This document shows positions 49,196-59,509 of a DNA stretch of 64,000 bases, piece after piece. The number at the start of each line of letters is the position of its first letter. Position 1 is the stretch's first letter. A program made the position numbers and the translations under genes. The DNA comes from Promethearchaeota archaeon. GTDB lineage: Archaea; Asgardarchaeota; Lokiarchaeia; Sigyniarchaeales; SOKP01. Below the pieces are notes generated by a model. It was given only the letters and a program-made list of their open reading frames with translations. It was not told the origin of the DNA and made no database searches. The stretch lies in the NCBI GenBank assembly GCA_048940925.1, contig JBHLOC010000019.1, forward strand, positions 21,977 through 85,976. The letters run 5' to 3'.

Positions 49196-50911
49196 TTAAT
49201 ATTCACGCTCCTTTACCTCAAATATACCTAAAATTACTGGTTTTGTTTTTAATTCTAAACTACCATTTTTATTTCTTGAAACAATAGAATGAACAAGGAA
49301 ATTTTCATCATCACGGAATTTAAAATCTCGTCGATAGTGAGCACCTCTACTTTCTTTCCTCCATAATGCAGAATATGTAGTTACTTCAGCGATATCAAGC
49401 ATGGTTCTTAGTTCAAGCGTTCGTGTTAATCCATAATTAAATTTTCTATCTGAAGTATTAACTTGTACTTGTTTAAATTCTTTTTGTAATCTTCTTAAAG
49501 TCTCTAAAGCTATTTTCATATCTTTTTCAACTCTAAAGATCCCTACATTACGATCCATTAAAGCACCCATTTCATTTCGAATTTCAGCAGGTTTCTTTCC
49601 TTGATTATTCTGCCAAATATAAAATAAATCCTCAACTTTTTTAAGAGCTTGATCTTCAGCTTTTTTGAGTAAATCCTTCGAGATTTTCTTGTGTAAACCT
49701 CTCTCTATTAACTTTTTACCAATTAATCTCCCAAATACTGATGTTTCTAGTAATGAGTTACCTCCTAACCTATTAGCACCATGAACAGAAAGACATGAAC
49801 ATTCTCCAAGAACCCATAATCCATTTATATCTGTTTCACCTACCTCTCCTTTATATTTTGTCGCAATCCCTCCCATACTATAATGTTGACCAGGTTGAAT
49901 TGGTATAGGCTCATCAATAGGGTCCACACCAGCAAAGTGAATACTTATTTCTCGAATTCCAGGTAATTTTTTATTTATTAAATCTGCTCCCAAATTAGTC
50001 AAATCTAAATTAACATATTCATCTTGGAAAGCATTTCCTTCTAAAGTTTCAGTTTCTATTGCCCTTGCTACAATATCTCGAGGACCTAATTCCATTGCTT
50101 CAGGAGCATACTTGTTCATAAACCTTTCATGTTTATTATTAAATAATAATCCTCCTTCACCACGAGCTCCTTCTGTTATTAAAATGTTTGAGCCATACAA
50201 AGTAGTGGGATGAAATTGAACAAATTCACAATCCTGCATCGGAACTCCAATACGGAAAGCTGCACCAACTCCATCTCCAGTATTAATTACTGAATTTGTG
50301 GAACGTTTATAGATTCTACCAAATCCTCCTGTAGCTAATATAACATAAGGAGCGCGAAAGATTACTAATTCTCCTGTTGCGATATTTAATGATATAAGTC
50401 CCGTAATACTATTATCTACTTTAATCAAGTCGATTAAAAAGTATTCATTGAAAAATGTTACATTAAATCGAACACATTGTTGATATAATGTATGTAAAAG
50501 CGCATGCCCTGTTCGATCCCCCGCGAAACATGTTCGGGGAAAACCAGCACCCCCAAATGGACGTTGATTTAAAAGTCCATTTTCTAGTCTTGAAAAAGGA
50601 GTTCCCATACTTTCAAATTCTAATACTGTCTTTGGGGCTTCTTCACACATAAGTAATGCAATATTCTGATCAGCAAGAAAATCAGCACCTTTAACTGTAT
50701 CATAAGCATGATTTCTCGGTGTATCATTTTTCCCCTCTTCTAAATTTCCTAATGCTGCATTAATTCCTCCTTGAGCATTTACAGAATGGCTTCTTACAGG
50801 GTATACTTTACTCAATATTGCTGTATTATATTTGTTTGATAATTCTAAACCTACTCTTAAGCCGCTTAAACCAGCCCCAACTATTAATACATCAAATTCT
50901 TCAATTCTCAT
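49196..50911 (-). CDS. sdhA: Succinate dehydrogenase/fumarate reductase flavoprotein
   Basis: VGAGLSG, RSHSVNAQGG (FAD-binding His), QFHPT, TEGARGEGG, HYSMGG, HGANRLGGNSL, ESRGAH. Confidence 0.95.
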   Translation of the reverse strand: MRIEEFDVLIVGAGLSGLRVGLELSNKYNTAILSKVYPVRSHSVNAQGGINAALGNLEEGKNDTPRNHAYDTVKGADFLADQNIALLMCEEAPKTVLEFESMGTPFSRLENGLLNQRPFGGAGFPRTCFAGDRTGHALLHTLYQQCVRFNVTFFNEYFLIDLIKVDNSITGLISLNIATGELVIFRAPYVILATGGFGRIYKRSTNSVINTGDGVGAAFRIGVPMQDCEFVQFHPTTLYGSNILITEGARGEGGLLFNNKHERFMNKYAPEAMELGPRDIVARAIETETLEGNAFQDEYVNLDLTNLGADLINKKLPGIREISIHFAGVDPIDEPIPIQPGQHYSMGGIATKYKGEVGETDINGLWVLGECSCLSVHGANRLGGNSLLETSVFGRLIGKKLIERGLHKKISKDLLKKAEDQALKKVEDLFYIWQNNQGKKPAEIRNEMGALMDRNVGIFRVEKDMKIALETLRRLQKEFKQVQVNTSDRKFNYGLTRTLELRTMLDIAEVTTYSALWRKESRGAHYRRDFKFRDDENFLVHSIVSRNKNGSLELKTKPVILGIFEVKEREY

Positions 50912-50966
50912 ATGAATTATATTCCTCTTTTAATTTGATTTAAAAATTTTCATTATATTTTAGTAA

Positions 50967-51833
50967 TTATTTGAACGATTCTATTAGAGTTTTAAATTTA
51001 TTCTTATCTAGTTCTCGTAAATATAAAGGTCGTTTATCTTTATCATAGATCTGTATACTATCTTCATAAGTAGGCTTATTAGGGTTAAGATATAAGATAC
51101 CTAAGGGTAGTTTCTTAGTTTGTAAAGCTAGATTTAAAGCATTAATTTTATCAAAAGGATCATAATCATCATCTAAGTAAAAGCTATTATCTTTGTACCA
51201 TTGATAAGTATTTACATGATTGAAAGTCACACAAGGACATAAAAGATCTATTAAAGCATAACCCTTATGATTTATTGCTTTCTTTAAGATATTCTTTGTT
51301 TGTTCAATGTCTCCTGTAAATGCTCGAGCTACAAAGGATGCATTTAAAGATATTGCAATAGCTGGTGCATTAAATGGTTCTGTGATAACTCCATTTACTT
51401 GAACAGGTGTTTTAAAACCACGTTGACTTGTGGGTGAAGCTTGTCCTTTTGTTAAACCATATACTTGATTATTATGCACAATGTTAACAATGTCAGGATT
51501 ATAACGAATGGTATGAATAAAATGATTTCCACCTTCACTGTAGGTACATCCATCACCACTGATTGCAATCACAGTTAACTCTGGATTAGCGGCTTTAATA
51601 GCTAAAGCATTTGATAAATATCTTCCATGTAGTCCATTAAAGCTTTGAGCTTTTATAAAATGGGGAAATTTACCTGCTTGACCTATCCCTGAGACTAGTA
51701 CTAAATTTTGGGGTCTTATATGTAGTTCTGATAATGTTTCTTTCATTATTCTTAAAGCATTATAATTACCACATCCAGGACACCAATGAATTTCAATATC
51801 TAAATTATAATTAAAATTATAATTCACAGTCAT
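50967..51833 (-). CDS. korB: 2-oxoacid:ferredoxin oxidoreductase beta subunit
   Basis: WCPGCGN, SGIGQ, LHGR, GDG...NN TPP motif, [17 protein letters not shown]. Confidence 0.92.
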   Translation of the reverse strand: MTVNYNFNYNLDIEIHWCPGCGNYNALRIMKETLSELHIRPQNLVLVSGIGQAGKFPHFIKAQSFNGLHGRYLSNALAIKAANPELTVIAISGDGCTYSEGGNHFIHTIRYNPDIVNIVHNNQVYGLTKGQASPTSQRGFKTPVQVNGVITEPFNAPAIAISLNASFVARAFTGDIEQTKNILKKAINHKGYALIDLLCPCVTFNHVNTYQWYKDNSFYLDDDYDPFDKINALNLALQTKKLPLGILYLNPNKPTYEDSIQIYDKDKRPLYLRELDKNKFKTLIESFK

Positions 51834-51907
51834 TTTATTTAAGCACCTCCTTAATCTTTTGAGATGACTCTACCGGCATAATTCTTCTCTTTTGATTAAT
51901 AGATATT

Positions 51908-53638
51908 TTAATTTACCTCGATCACTTTTTTGATTCGTTTTATCAATTCTTCTATTGAGAAAGTATAACCAGAATATTTTAAAATAAGATGATCAATCTT
52001 TTGATTTGTTTCTAGTTCTATCAATTTTGCAAATTGACCTGTAGGGTTACTCTCAACTACGATTGTTTTAACTGCCTTTGAAATGTAGTTACTAATGCTT
52101 TTATGTATCGGAAAAACTTGTTTAAAATGAAGAAACCCAATATCTGTTTGATTTATAGTCTCTAGTGCTTCTTTAATGAGATAATAACTACTACCCCAAC
52201 TAATAACTAAAATTTTGTAATTAATCGGGCCTATATATTTAGGAGGTAATGCATTTTTCTTAATTAATTCGAATTTCTTTAATCGCTTTTCAACAGTCTT
52301 TATTCTTAAATCAGAATCCTCAGTAATATCTCCATCTTCAGTATGGGTATGAGAATCAGCATCAACTAAACCTTCACCATATCCAGGAATGCCACGAGGT
52401 GATATACCATTTTCAGTGAACCTATATCGCTCATAATTTACATGAGTTTTTATGATATAATTTTTTCTCTCCAAATTTTCATATGCAATTGTATCTATAT
52501 TATAAAATGAATCTACAAAGTATTGATCCGTTAAAATGAAGACAGGAACTTGAAATTCTTGAGTTAAATTAAATGCATCTTGAGTCAAAGTAAATGCCTC
52601 CTTAATAGTACCAGGTGAAAAGATTATCCTTGGAAAATATCCTGCTCCTGCATTCAATATTAAATTCAAGTCCTCTTGTGCGGTTCTTGTAGGCATTCCA
52701 GTTGCAGGGCCAGGACGTTGACCAACAAGAATTACAATTGGTAATTCAGTCATACCTGCTAAACTTACACCTTCGCACATTAAAGAAAATCCTCCCCCTG
52801 AGGTCGATACAAATGCACGAGCTCCCGCATATGATGCTCCTAACGCCTTATTTATTACACTAATCTCATCCTCAGATTGATCGACAATAATTGAAAATTC
52901 AGGACCATGTTGGGCTAAAAATGTACCTATACCCGTGCTTGGAGCCATAGGATAAAATGTAGCATAGTTTGCTCCTCCTGCAATAGCACCTAAACCCAGT
53001 GCTTGTGTACCATCAATAATATAATCATTTACTACTTTATCGTTTGTTTTTATAGACTTTACTCTTTTGAGCTTTCCTTTAGTAATTAATTGTATAGCCG
53101 TTTCAAATCCTTTATCAGCTGCTTGAATATTATTTTGTATAACCTCTGATCCCTTACTCTTAAAATTTTCATTAAGTAAGTTATGTAGAATATTTTTATC
53201 TGCATTCAAAATATTACAGATTAATCCTAAAACGATAATATTTGCATAAACTTTACCTCCTACATCATTAGACATTTCTAAAAATGGAACTTCGATTTTC
53301 ATTCCCGGAACTTCTAAATACCCTTCTATGAATTCTTTTTCTCCGATAATCACGCTTTCTGAAGACAACCATTTTTTAAGATGTGGAATGGCTTTTTCGT
53401 TTAAGGGAAATAAGAAATCTATCTTCTCACTAAATGACCGTACTTTCCTTGAAGAAATTCTAATTGATGTCGAGTTTACGCCACCTCTCACTCTAGACAT
53501 ATACTCTCGAGTAGCAAAAACATAAAAACCAGACTTTTTTAGTGTTTTTGTTAGTAATTCTTCTACAGTTTGAATACCTTGCCCAGCTGCACCGCAAAAA
53601 ACTAAGGTTATATCTTCTTTTTTGTAAAAATTTTCCAT
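51908..53638 (-). CDS. korA: 2-oxoacid:ferredoxin oxidoreductase alpha subunit (gamma-alpha fusion)
   Basis: GAAGQG, SRVRGG, FYPMAPS, EDEIS, TSGGGFSLM, QRPGPATGMPT.TAQ. Confidence 0.92.
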   Translation of the reverse strand: MENFYKKEDITLVFCGAAGQGIQTVEELLTKTLKKSGFYVFATREYMSRVRGGVNSTSIRISSRKVRSFSEKIDFLFPLNEKAIPHLKKWLSSESVIIGEKEFIEGYLEVPGMKIEVPFLEMSNDVGGKVYANIIVLGLICNILNADKNILHNLLNENFKSKGSEVIQNNIQAADKGFETAIQLITKGKLKRVKSIKTNDKVVNDYIIDGTQALGLGAIAGGANYATFYPMAPSTGIGTFLAQHGPEFSIIVDQSEDEISVINKALGASYAGARAFVSTSGGGFSLMCEGVSLAGMTELPIVILVGQRPGPATGMPTRTAQEDLNLILNAGAGYFPRIIFSPGTIKEAFTLTQDAFNLTQEFQVPVFILTDQYFVDSFYNIDTIAYENLERKNYIIKTHVNYERYRFTENGISPRGIPGYGEGLVDADSHTHTEDGDITEDSDLRIKTVEKRLKKFELIKKNALPPKYIGPINYKILVISWGSSYYLIKEALETINQTDIGFLHFKQVFPIHKSISNYISKAVKTIVVESNPTGQFAKLIELETNQKIDHLILKYSGYTFSIEELIKRIKKVIEVN

Positions 53639-53936
53639 AATCTCAATTTTTTTGATTTGTCTGAATTAATATCATTTAATTCAATATGATTTATTTTAAA
53701 ACTGACAATTAGAATTAAAAAATCTCCTATAATAATTCATAAACTAATTAATAAATTCAGATTTACAGAAATATCCTTTAATTTGTTAGATTTGATCCTT
53801 TAAAACCATTATTAAATAATGAAATTATAGATTTTAGAATCTTAGAATTAAATAAATTTTCACCCATTAGAAGAGAGCTCTGGAATTCATCCTAAAGATA
53901 AAATAAAAAAGAATAAATCAATTTCATCTTCTTTCT

Positions 53937-55097
53937 TTAAAGAAGGTTGTGTTCTATACGAAAGTAGTAATTATGAAATAGTGAAGAGATAAAATATGAT
54001 TTAATCAATCTAAAATCTTTCTTATATCTGAAGAGATCGTAAACATAATAAGTTCTTTTTAACAACCATGCTATAATTCCTCGAATAACATAATGATTCA
54101 ATAAATGAGCTACTCCATAATTTTTTCCTAAAGATATAAACATGAACTTAATAGGCTTTAATTGTAATGGTTTTAATTTTTTTCCTTTTATTTTCCTGAC
54201 TAGTAATTTAGAGAGATAGTCTGCTTGAATCTTAGCCACCTGGGCTAACATTGGTGCATTCCCATTTAGATAAGGAAAATTAGCAGCATCACCTATTGAA
54301 TATACATCATCAATTCCTTCGACTTGACAAAATTGGTTTACCCTGTAAGCTCTTTTAAATTGAAGATCTGAGTTGATTAGTACTGGTCTAGATCCAATAC
54401 AAATAACAATAAACTCAGAAGGATACTCTGCATTCTCCGTATAAATGATATTCTTTTCTATTTTTAACACTTTTTCATTGTATAGAATATTAATATTTAA
54501 TTTTTTCAGCTGTTTATCAATTATAGAGTGAAATTTAGGGATGCTTGGAAAAAACTGTTTTTCTGCTACAAACAAGTCAATAAAAATTTCTTTTTTTAAT
54601 GTTTTAGCTAAAGAAGCTATTTCTGAAGCAAGTTCAATCCCAACAGCTCCTCCACCAATAACGGAAATCAAAGGTTGATATCTTCCTAAAGCTATTTTCA
54701 GATGACTATTAATCCGAATTGCATCAAATATAGTTTTCATAGTTGGATAGTTCTCTGATCCTTCAATCACTTTTAAAGGAGACGCACCGGGAGAAATAAT
54801 TAAATAATCATATTTATAAAATTGAGAGTTTTCTAGTTCAATTTCTTTTTTGTTAAAATAAATCTTTATTACACTTGATCTTATAAACCAAGCTCTTTTT
54901 AGCTCTTTTTTAATATCAAAAAAAGGAACTTCCTTTGGGATTTGTCCTACGCTCGCTTCATGTAATAAAGGATTATAAAGGAAATGGTGAGAAGGGTTAA
55001 TCAATAAGATATCAAAATTCTTGAATTTTTCAATCTTTTTAGCTAGTCTAAACCCAGCGAATCCCGCTCCAATAATAATTACATTTAACCGTTTCAT
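53937..55097 (-). CDS. ndh: Type II NADH:quinone oxidoreductase-like flavoprotein
   Basis: GAGFAG, YNPLLHE, GGGAVGIELA.E, SIGDAA, AQVA..QA, ISLG, G..AW. Confidence 0.8.
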   Translation of the reverse strand: MKRLNVIIIGAGFAGFRLAKKIEKFKNFDILLINPSHHFLYNPLLHEASVGQIPKEVPFFDIKKELKRAWFIRSSVIKIYFNKKEIELENSQFYKYDYLIISPGASPLKVIEGSENYPTMKTIFDAIRINSHLKIALGRYQPLISVIGGGAVGIELASEIASLAKTLKKEIFIDLFVAEKQFFPSIPKFHSIIDKQLKKLNINILYNEKVLKIEKNIIYTENAEYPSEFIVICIGSRPVLINSDLQFKRAYRVNQFCQVEGIDDVYSIGDAANFPYLNGNAPMLAQVAKIQADYLSKLLVRKIKGKKLKPLQLKPIKFMFISLGKNYGVAHLLNHYVIRGIIAWLLKRTYYVYDLFRYKKDFRLIKSYFISSLFHNYYFRIEHNLL

Positions 55098-55733
55098 AAA
55101 AAACTCCGTTAATGCCTAAATTATATTTAGTTTAATCATAACAAAGTTACTTATTTAGTTGATATATTTAGTAGATTTCGAGATCAAAATTAAAAGATAA
55201 TTGACATATTTTTAATTTTTTATTATGTTTTTAAATCTATGATGATCCTTTATAATAAAATGTTTTATCTTATGATTTATTAATTAATTTTTACTTCAAA
55301 TTTAGCCAAATTTTAAAAAAGATAATTTATGAACATGTTATTAGCATTTAAACAAAAAGATATCATCTTAAAAAATTTCTTTTAATTGTAGGTAATAGAG
55401 TCGTTTCGATTAGATATTATGGTCATTCTTTCATTAATTACTAGTAGTACTTATTATTTCTTCGTGGATTTAATCAACATTGTAATCAATACAAAATCCT
55501 TTCAATTTGATTTATATAGTTTGAGGAAAGACATTTTTTTTGAGATTATAATATCTGAGAGTATAAATTCACTACTCATATCTAGTGAATTAATAAAAAA
55601 GTAGGGATTAGCATTATATTGATGTTACATATTCATACATCTAGGATTTTTCATAAAGAATTCTATTTCAATTTTAGATTAAAATTATTATATTAGACAT
55701 ATTTAAAAAAAATTAGTTTAAAGGTTCTATATC

Positions 55734-57686
55734 TTAAGCTTCACATAACCTTTTTTCTACTTTTGGATACAGATTAATAAAGCTACCTGCGATAATTGCC
55801 CTTATTTGTCGTTCACTTAATGTATGTTTAGTATTATACGTTTCATCTTTAGTTTCATTAATTATCTTTATTTGGACACCTTTTTGAATGACTTTGATAA
55901 TATTTTCTATTTTAAGAGAATCACCTTGATCAATTTTATTCCAGTCATCTTTATTAGCAAAAGTAAGCGGTAAAATGCCGAAATTTACTAAATTTTGCCA
56001 ATGAATTCTCGCAAAACTTCGTGCAATTACCAACCGTAAACCCATATATCGTGGAGCTAATGCTGCATGTTCTCGACTGGAACCTTGACCATAATTTTCT
56101 CCCCCAACTATAGCAAAACCTTTTTCTTGATATTTCATTGCTCGTTTATAAAAATCAGGATCAATAATGTTAAACACAAACTTACTAATCTCTGGTATAT
56201 TACTCCTGAAAGGTAATACTTTTGCTCCTGCTGGCATTATTTCATCTGTAGAAATATTGTCTCCAACTTTCATAACTACATTAAGGCTTAGTATTTCGGG
56301 TAATGGTAAAAACTTTGGTAATGATTTAATATTTGGTCCTTTTCGTAAATCTATTTTTAAGCATTGTTTTGGAGGTGGAACCAACATTGAAGTATTAATT
56401 ATTAAATTTTTTGGCTCATTAAAAGTTGGATATTTCATATCTAATGTGCGTGGATCAGTTATAACACCAGTAATCGCTGAAGCAGTTGCAGTTTCTGGAC
56501 TACATAAATATACCAGATCTCCCTTAGTGCCAGATCTACCTGGAAAATTACGAGGTACAGTTCTTAAACTTTTACCGTTAGTTGGGGGCGCTTGTCCCAT
56601 TCCAATACATCCATTACATCCAGGTTCATGAATACGTGCTCCTCCTCGCACTAAATATGTAAAAAGTCCCATTTCAATGAGATTCTCTAAAGTTTGCCTT
56701 GTTGACGGATTTACATCAAATGAAACTTTATCTTGAACTTTTTTTTCCTTAAGCATTAAAGCACAAATCCCAAAATCTCGTAATCCAGGATTAGCAGAGG
56801 ATCCAACATATGATTGGAGTAATTCTTCTCCAGCAATATCAGAGACAGGTTTAACATTACCAGGACTGCTTGGTAATGCAATAAGGGGTTCAATTTCGGA
56901 TAAATTGATTTCTTCATCATAATCATAGTCACAATTATCATCTTTTAAAATTTGCTTATAATCTTTAATACGTCCTTGTTTTTCTAGGAAGATTTTCACT
57001 TCATCATCAGCAGGAAAGACACTACTCGTGGCTCCAAGTTCTGTACCCATATTACATATTACATGGCGATCCATAGCAGTTAAGTTTTTCACTCCTGGTC
57101 CATAGTATTCAATTATTCTATTCACCCCTCCTTTAACACCATGTCTTCTTAGCATTTCTAAGATTACATCCTTAGCACTAACCCAATCTGATAACTTCCC
57201 AGTTAATTTTACACCCCAAATTGCTGGATATTTTATAAAAAGAGGATTACCAGACATAGCTAGCGCTACTTCTAACCCTCCTGCTCCAATTGCTAGCATA
57301 CCAAGTGAACCTCCTGCAGGGGTATGACTATCAGATCCAATCATACTTTTACCTGGAATCCCAAAACGTTCCATATGAATCGGGTGACTAACACCATTTC
57401 CAGGTCTGCTAAACCATATACCAAATCGCTGACAGGCAGTATATAAAAATAAATGATCATCAGAATTTTTAAAATCTGTTCTGATTAAATTATGATCAAC
57501 ATATTGAACAGATATTTCAGTTTTAACTCTATCTAATTCCATAGCTTCTAATTCCAACATTACCATCGTTCCAGTAGCATCTTGAGTCAATGTTTGATCT
57601 ATTTTTAGTCCGATTTCTTCCCCAATCTCCCTTTTACCTTCAATGAAATGAGAATTTATCAATTTTTCTGCTACATTCAAGCCCAT
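55734..57686 (-). CDS. acn: Aconitate hydratase (compact type), copy 2
   Basis: TQDATG, DHN, GSDSHT, GSSAN, CNGCIG, PRNFPGRSG, STDEI.PAG, GSSREHAA. Confidence 0.9.
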   Translation of the reverse strand: MGLNVAEKLINSHFIEGKREIGEEIGLKIDQTLTQDATGTMVMLELEAMELDRVKTEISVQYVDHNLIRTDFKNSDDHLFLYTACQRFGIWFSRPGNGVSHPIHMERFGIPGKSMIGSDSHTPAGGSLGMLAIGAGGLEVALAMSGNPLFIKYPAIWGVKLTGKLSDWVSAKDVILEMLRRHGVKGGVNRIIEYYGPGVKNLTAMDRHVICNMGTELGATSSVFPADDEVKIFLEKQGRIKDYKQILKDDNCDYDYDEEINLSEIEPLIALPSSPGNVKPVSDIAGEELLQSYVGSSANPGLRDFGICALMLKEKKVQDKVSFDVNPSTRQTLENLIEMGLFTYLVRGGARIHEPGCNGCIGMGQAPPTNGKSLRTVPRNFPGRSGTKGDLVYLCSPETATASAITGVITDPRTLDMKYPTFNEPKNLIINTSMLVPPPKQCLKIDLRKGPNIKSLPKFLPLPEILSLNVVMKVGDNISTDEIMPAGAKVLPFRSNIPEISKFVFNIIDPDFYKRAMKYQEKGFAIVGGENYGQGSSREHAALAPRYMGLRLVIARSFARIHWQNLVNFGILPLTFANKDDWNKIDQGDSLKIENIIKVIQKGVQIKIINETKDETYNTKHTLSERQIRAIIAGSFINLYPKVEKRLCEA

Positions 57687-57692
57687 TTTAAC

Positions 57693-58982
57693 TTACCTCT
57701 CAGAAATTGGAATATATTTCTTATCGATTTCTCCAATAAAACGGAGTCGAGGACGTATTAATTTATTATCCGATAGTTGTTCTATAGCATGGGCAACCCA
57801 TCCAGCACTTCTAGAAGCTGCAAACAATGGTGTAAATAGCTTTGTCGGAATTCCAAGAGCATGAAGTAATCCAGCGGAATATAGATCAACATTTGGGTAT
57901 ATATTTTTAGATTTTATCATAAAATCCTTAAGAATTTCGGTCATTTCATATATGTTATCAATATGTTGGTGATATTTTTCATGTTCCATATTAGGTATCT
58001 TTTCAAAAGATTCTCCGCTTTCAATTTTATCCCAAAAAATCTTTGAAAGTTTTCTCAAAATTAAAGCACGAGGATCCCATTTATTATATACTCTATGTCC
58101 AAAACCCATAATTAATTCTTTCTTTTCTAGTTTATTTTTTGCCCAAGGAATGACATTATGTTTTTTCTTGATTTCATCTAGTATCATTCTGATAACTCTC
58201 TCATTAGCACCTCCATGAAGAGGGCCTCTAAGAGTACCTATAGCACTTGTAATACCGCTATAAATATCAGAAAGTGTAGATACAGTAACTCTGCAAGAAA
58301 ATGTGGATGAATTAATTGAATGATCTGCATGACATATTAATACTTTATCAAATGCTGAGGTGAATTCTTCATCAGGTTCATTACCGGTCATCATGTAATA
58401 ATAATTGCCTGCGTGAGATAATTTTTGAGAAGGTTCGATAAGAGGAAGATTAGATTGAATACGATGAGAAAATGCTAAAATTGTTGGAATTTTAGCGATA
58501 ATTCGAATTCCTTTTCGAATATTTGCTTCTTCAGAATAATTATAATCATCAGGATCATATAATGAGAGGGCTGAAATTGCGGTTCTGAGTAATTCAATTC
58601 TAGTAGTTTCGCGAGGAAAACTCTTTAAAATTACTAAGATATTGTCGGGGATTTCTCTTTCATTAATAAGTCTATTCTTTAAATCTTCAAGTTCAGATTT
58701 AGTAGGTAATTTTCCATATAAAAGGAGATAAACAACTTCTTCGAACGTTGAGTTGTCCACAAGATTTTCAAGTGAATACCCTCTATAGTACAATTTACCA
58801 TGTTCTCCATCGATATAAGTTATTTTACTCTCATCAACATAAATTCCAACTAATCCTTTATATATCTTTGAACGATCAATTTCACATAATTTTGATTCCA
58901 CTTCTTCTTCATAATCTTCACAAACAAAAGATGTTGTAGTTTCGCATGATTCTAATTTTAAATTCACTTTATTATTACTCAT
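57693..58982 (-). CDS. gltA: Citrate synthase / 2-methylcitrate synthase
   Basis: LYYRGY, HADH..N.STF, GPLHGGAN, MGFGHRVY...DPRA, PNVDLY, GWVAH, LIRP. Confidence 0.93.
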   Translation of the reverse strand: MSNNKVNLKLESCETTTSFVCEDYEEEVESKLCEIDRSKIYKGLVGIYVDESKITYIDGEHGKLYYRGYSLENLVDNSTFEEVVYLLLYGKLPTKSELEDLKNRLINEREIPDNILVILKSFPRETTRIELLRTAISALSLYDPDDYNYSEEANIRKGIRIIAKIPTILAFSHRIQSNLPLIEPSQKLSHAGNYYYMMTGNEPDEEFTSAFDKVLICHADHSINSSTFSCRVTVSTLSDIYSGITSAIGTLRGPLHGGANERVIRMILDEIKKKHNVIPWAKNKLEKKELIMGFGHRVYNKWDPRALILRKLSKIFWDKIESGESFEKIPNMEHEKYHQHIDNIYEMTEILKDFMIKSKNIYPNVDLYSAGLLHALGIPTKLFTPLFAASRSAGWVAHAIEQLSDNKLIRPRLRFIGEIDKKYIPISER

Positions 58983-59509
58983 ATAACCAATTTTAATATA
59001 TTTTTAGCTTTAAGTAGATTAGATTGATATATAACTCTAATTCTTTTAAATCATTAATGGTAAATTTGTAAATTATTTAGCCCCATATTTAGCTATTATA
59101 GAGAATAGCCGCAAATATCACTAAAATCTGTAAGTTTTGCCTATAACGTAGGGAACTTGTTCAGAATTTTTCAATATTGATTATATAAATATCTTGATAG
59201 ATGTATATAGTCAAAATGGGGCATAGACTGCAGAATTAAATTAGAATATTCATAAATTTAGAACAATATAACATCTAAAAATAGAAGAATTTAATTTAAT
59301 AGGAAAATCGAATTAAATATCAAAAATATGGGATTATAAATTAAATTAACATTGAAGAAAAGATGAAAGATAAAATTATCAAGTAATCAAACTGTTATTT
59401 CAGAATTGGGTTATCAATTTGATTTAAATATAAAAAAATAAAAGATTGAAGAAGCTAACTAGATCCATGGAAACTCTAATAGAAGAAATTATAATATAAA
59501 TTTAGTAAG

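Noticed and set aside
55566-55591. Inverted repeat AATTCACTA-N8-TAGTGAATT and ORF 55419..55604
   Set aside because: A short AT-rich hairpin is expected by chance at this composition, and the ORF has no motif
57950-58030. In-frame insertion in citrate synthase (GESFEKIPNMEHEKYHQH) as another intron
   Set aside because: The frame is intact and no BHB pairing was found; more likely a surface loop
58983-59509. Possible ncRNA or degraded ORF in the long spacer (also 13332-13877, 19074-19506, 20878-21342)
   Set aside because: No GC-enriched stems, tRNA cloverleaf or sustained reading frame could be supported by eye
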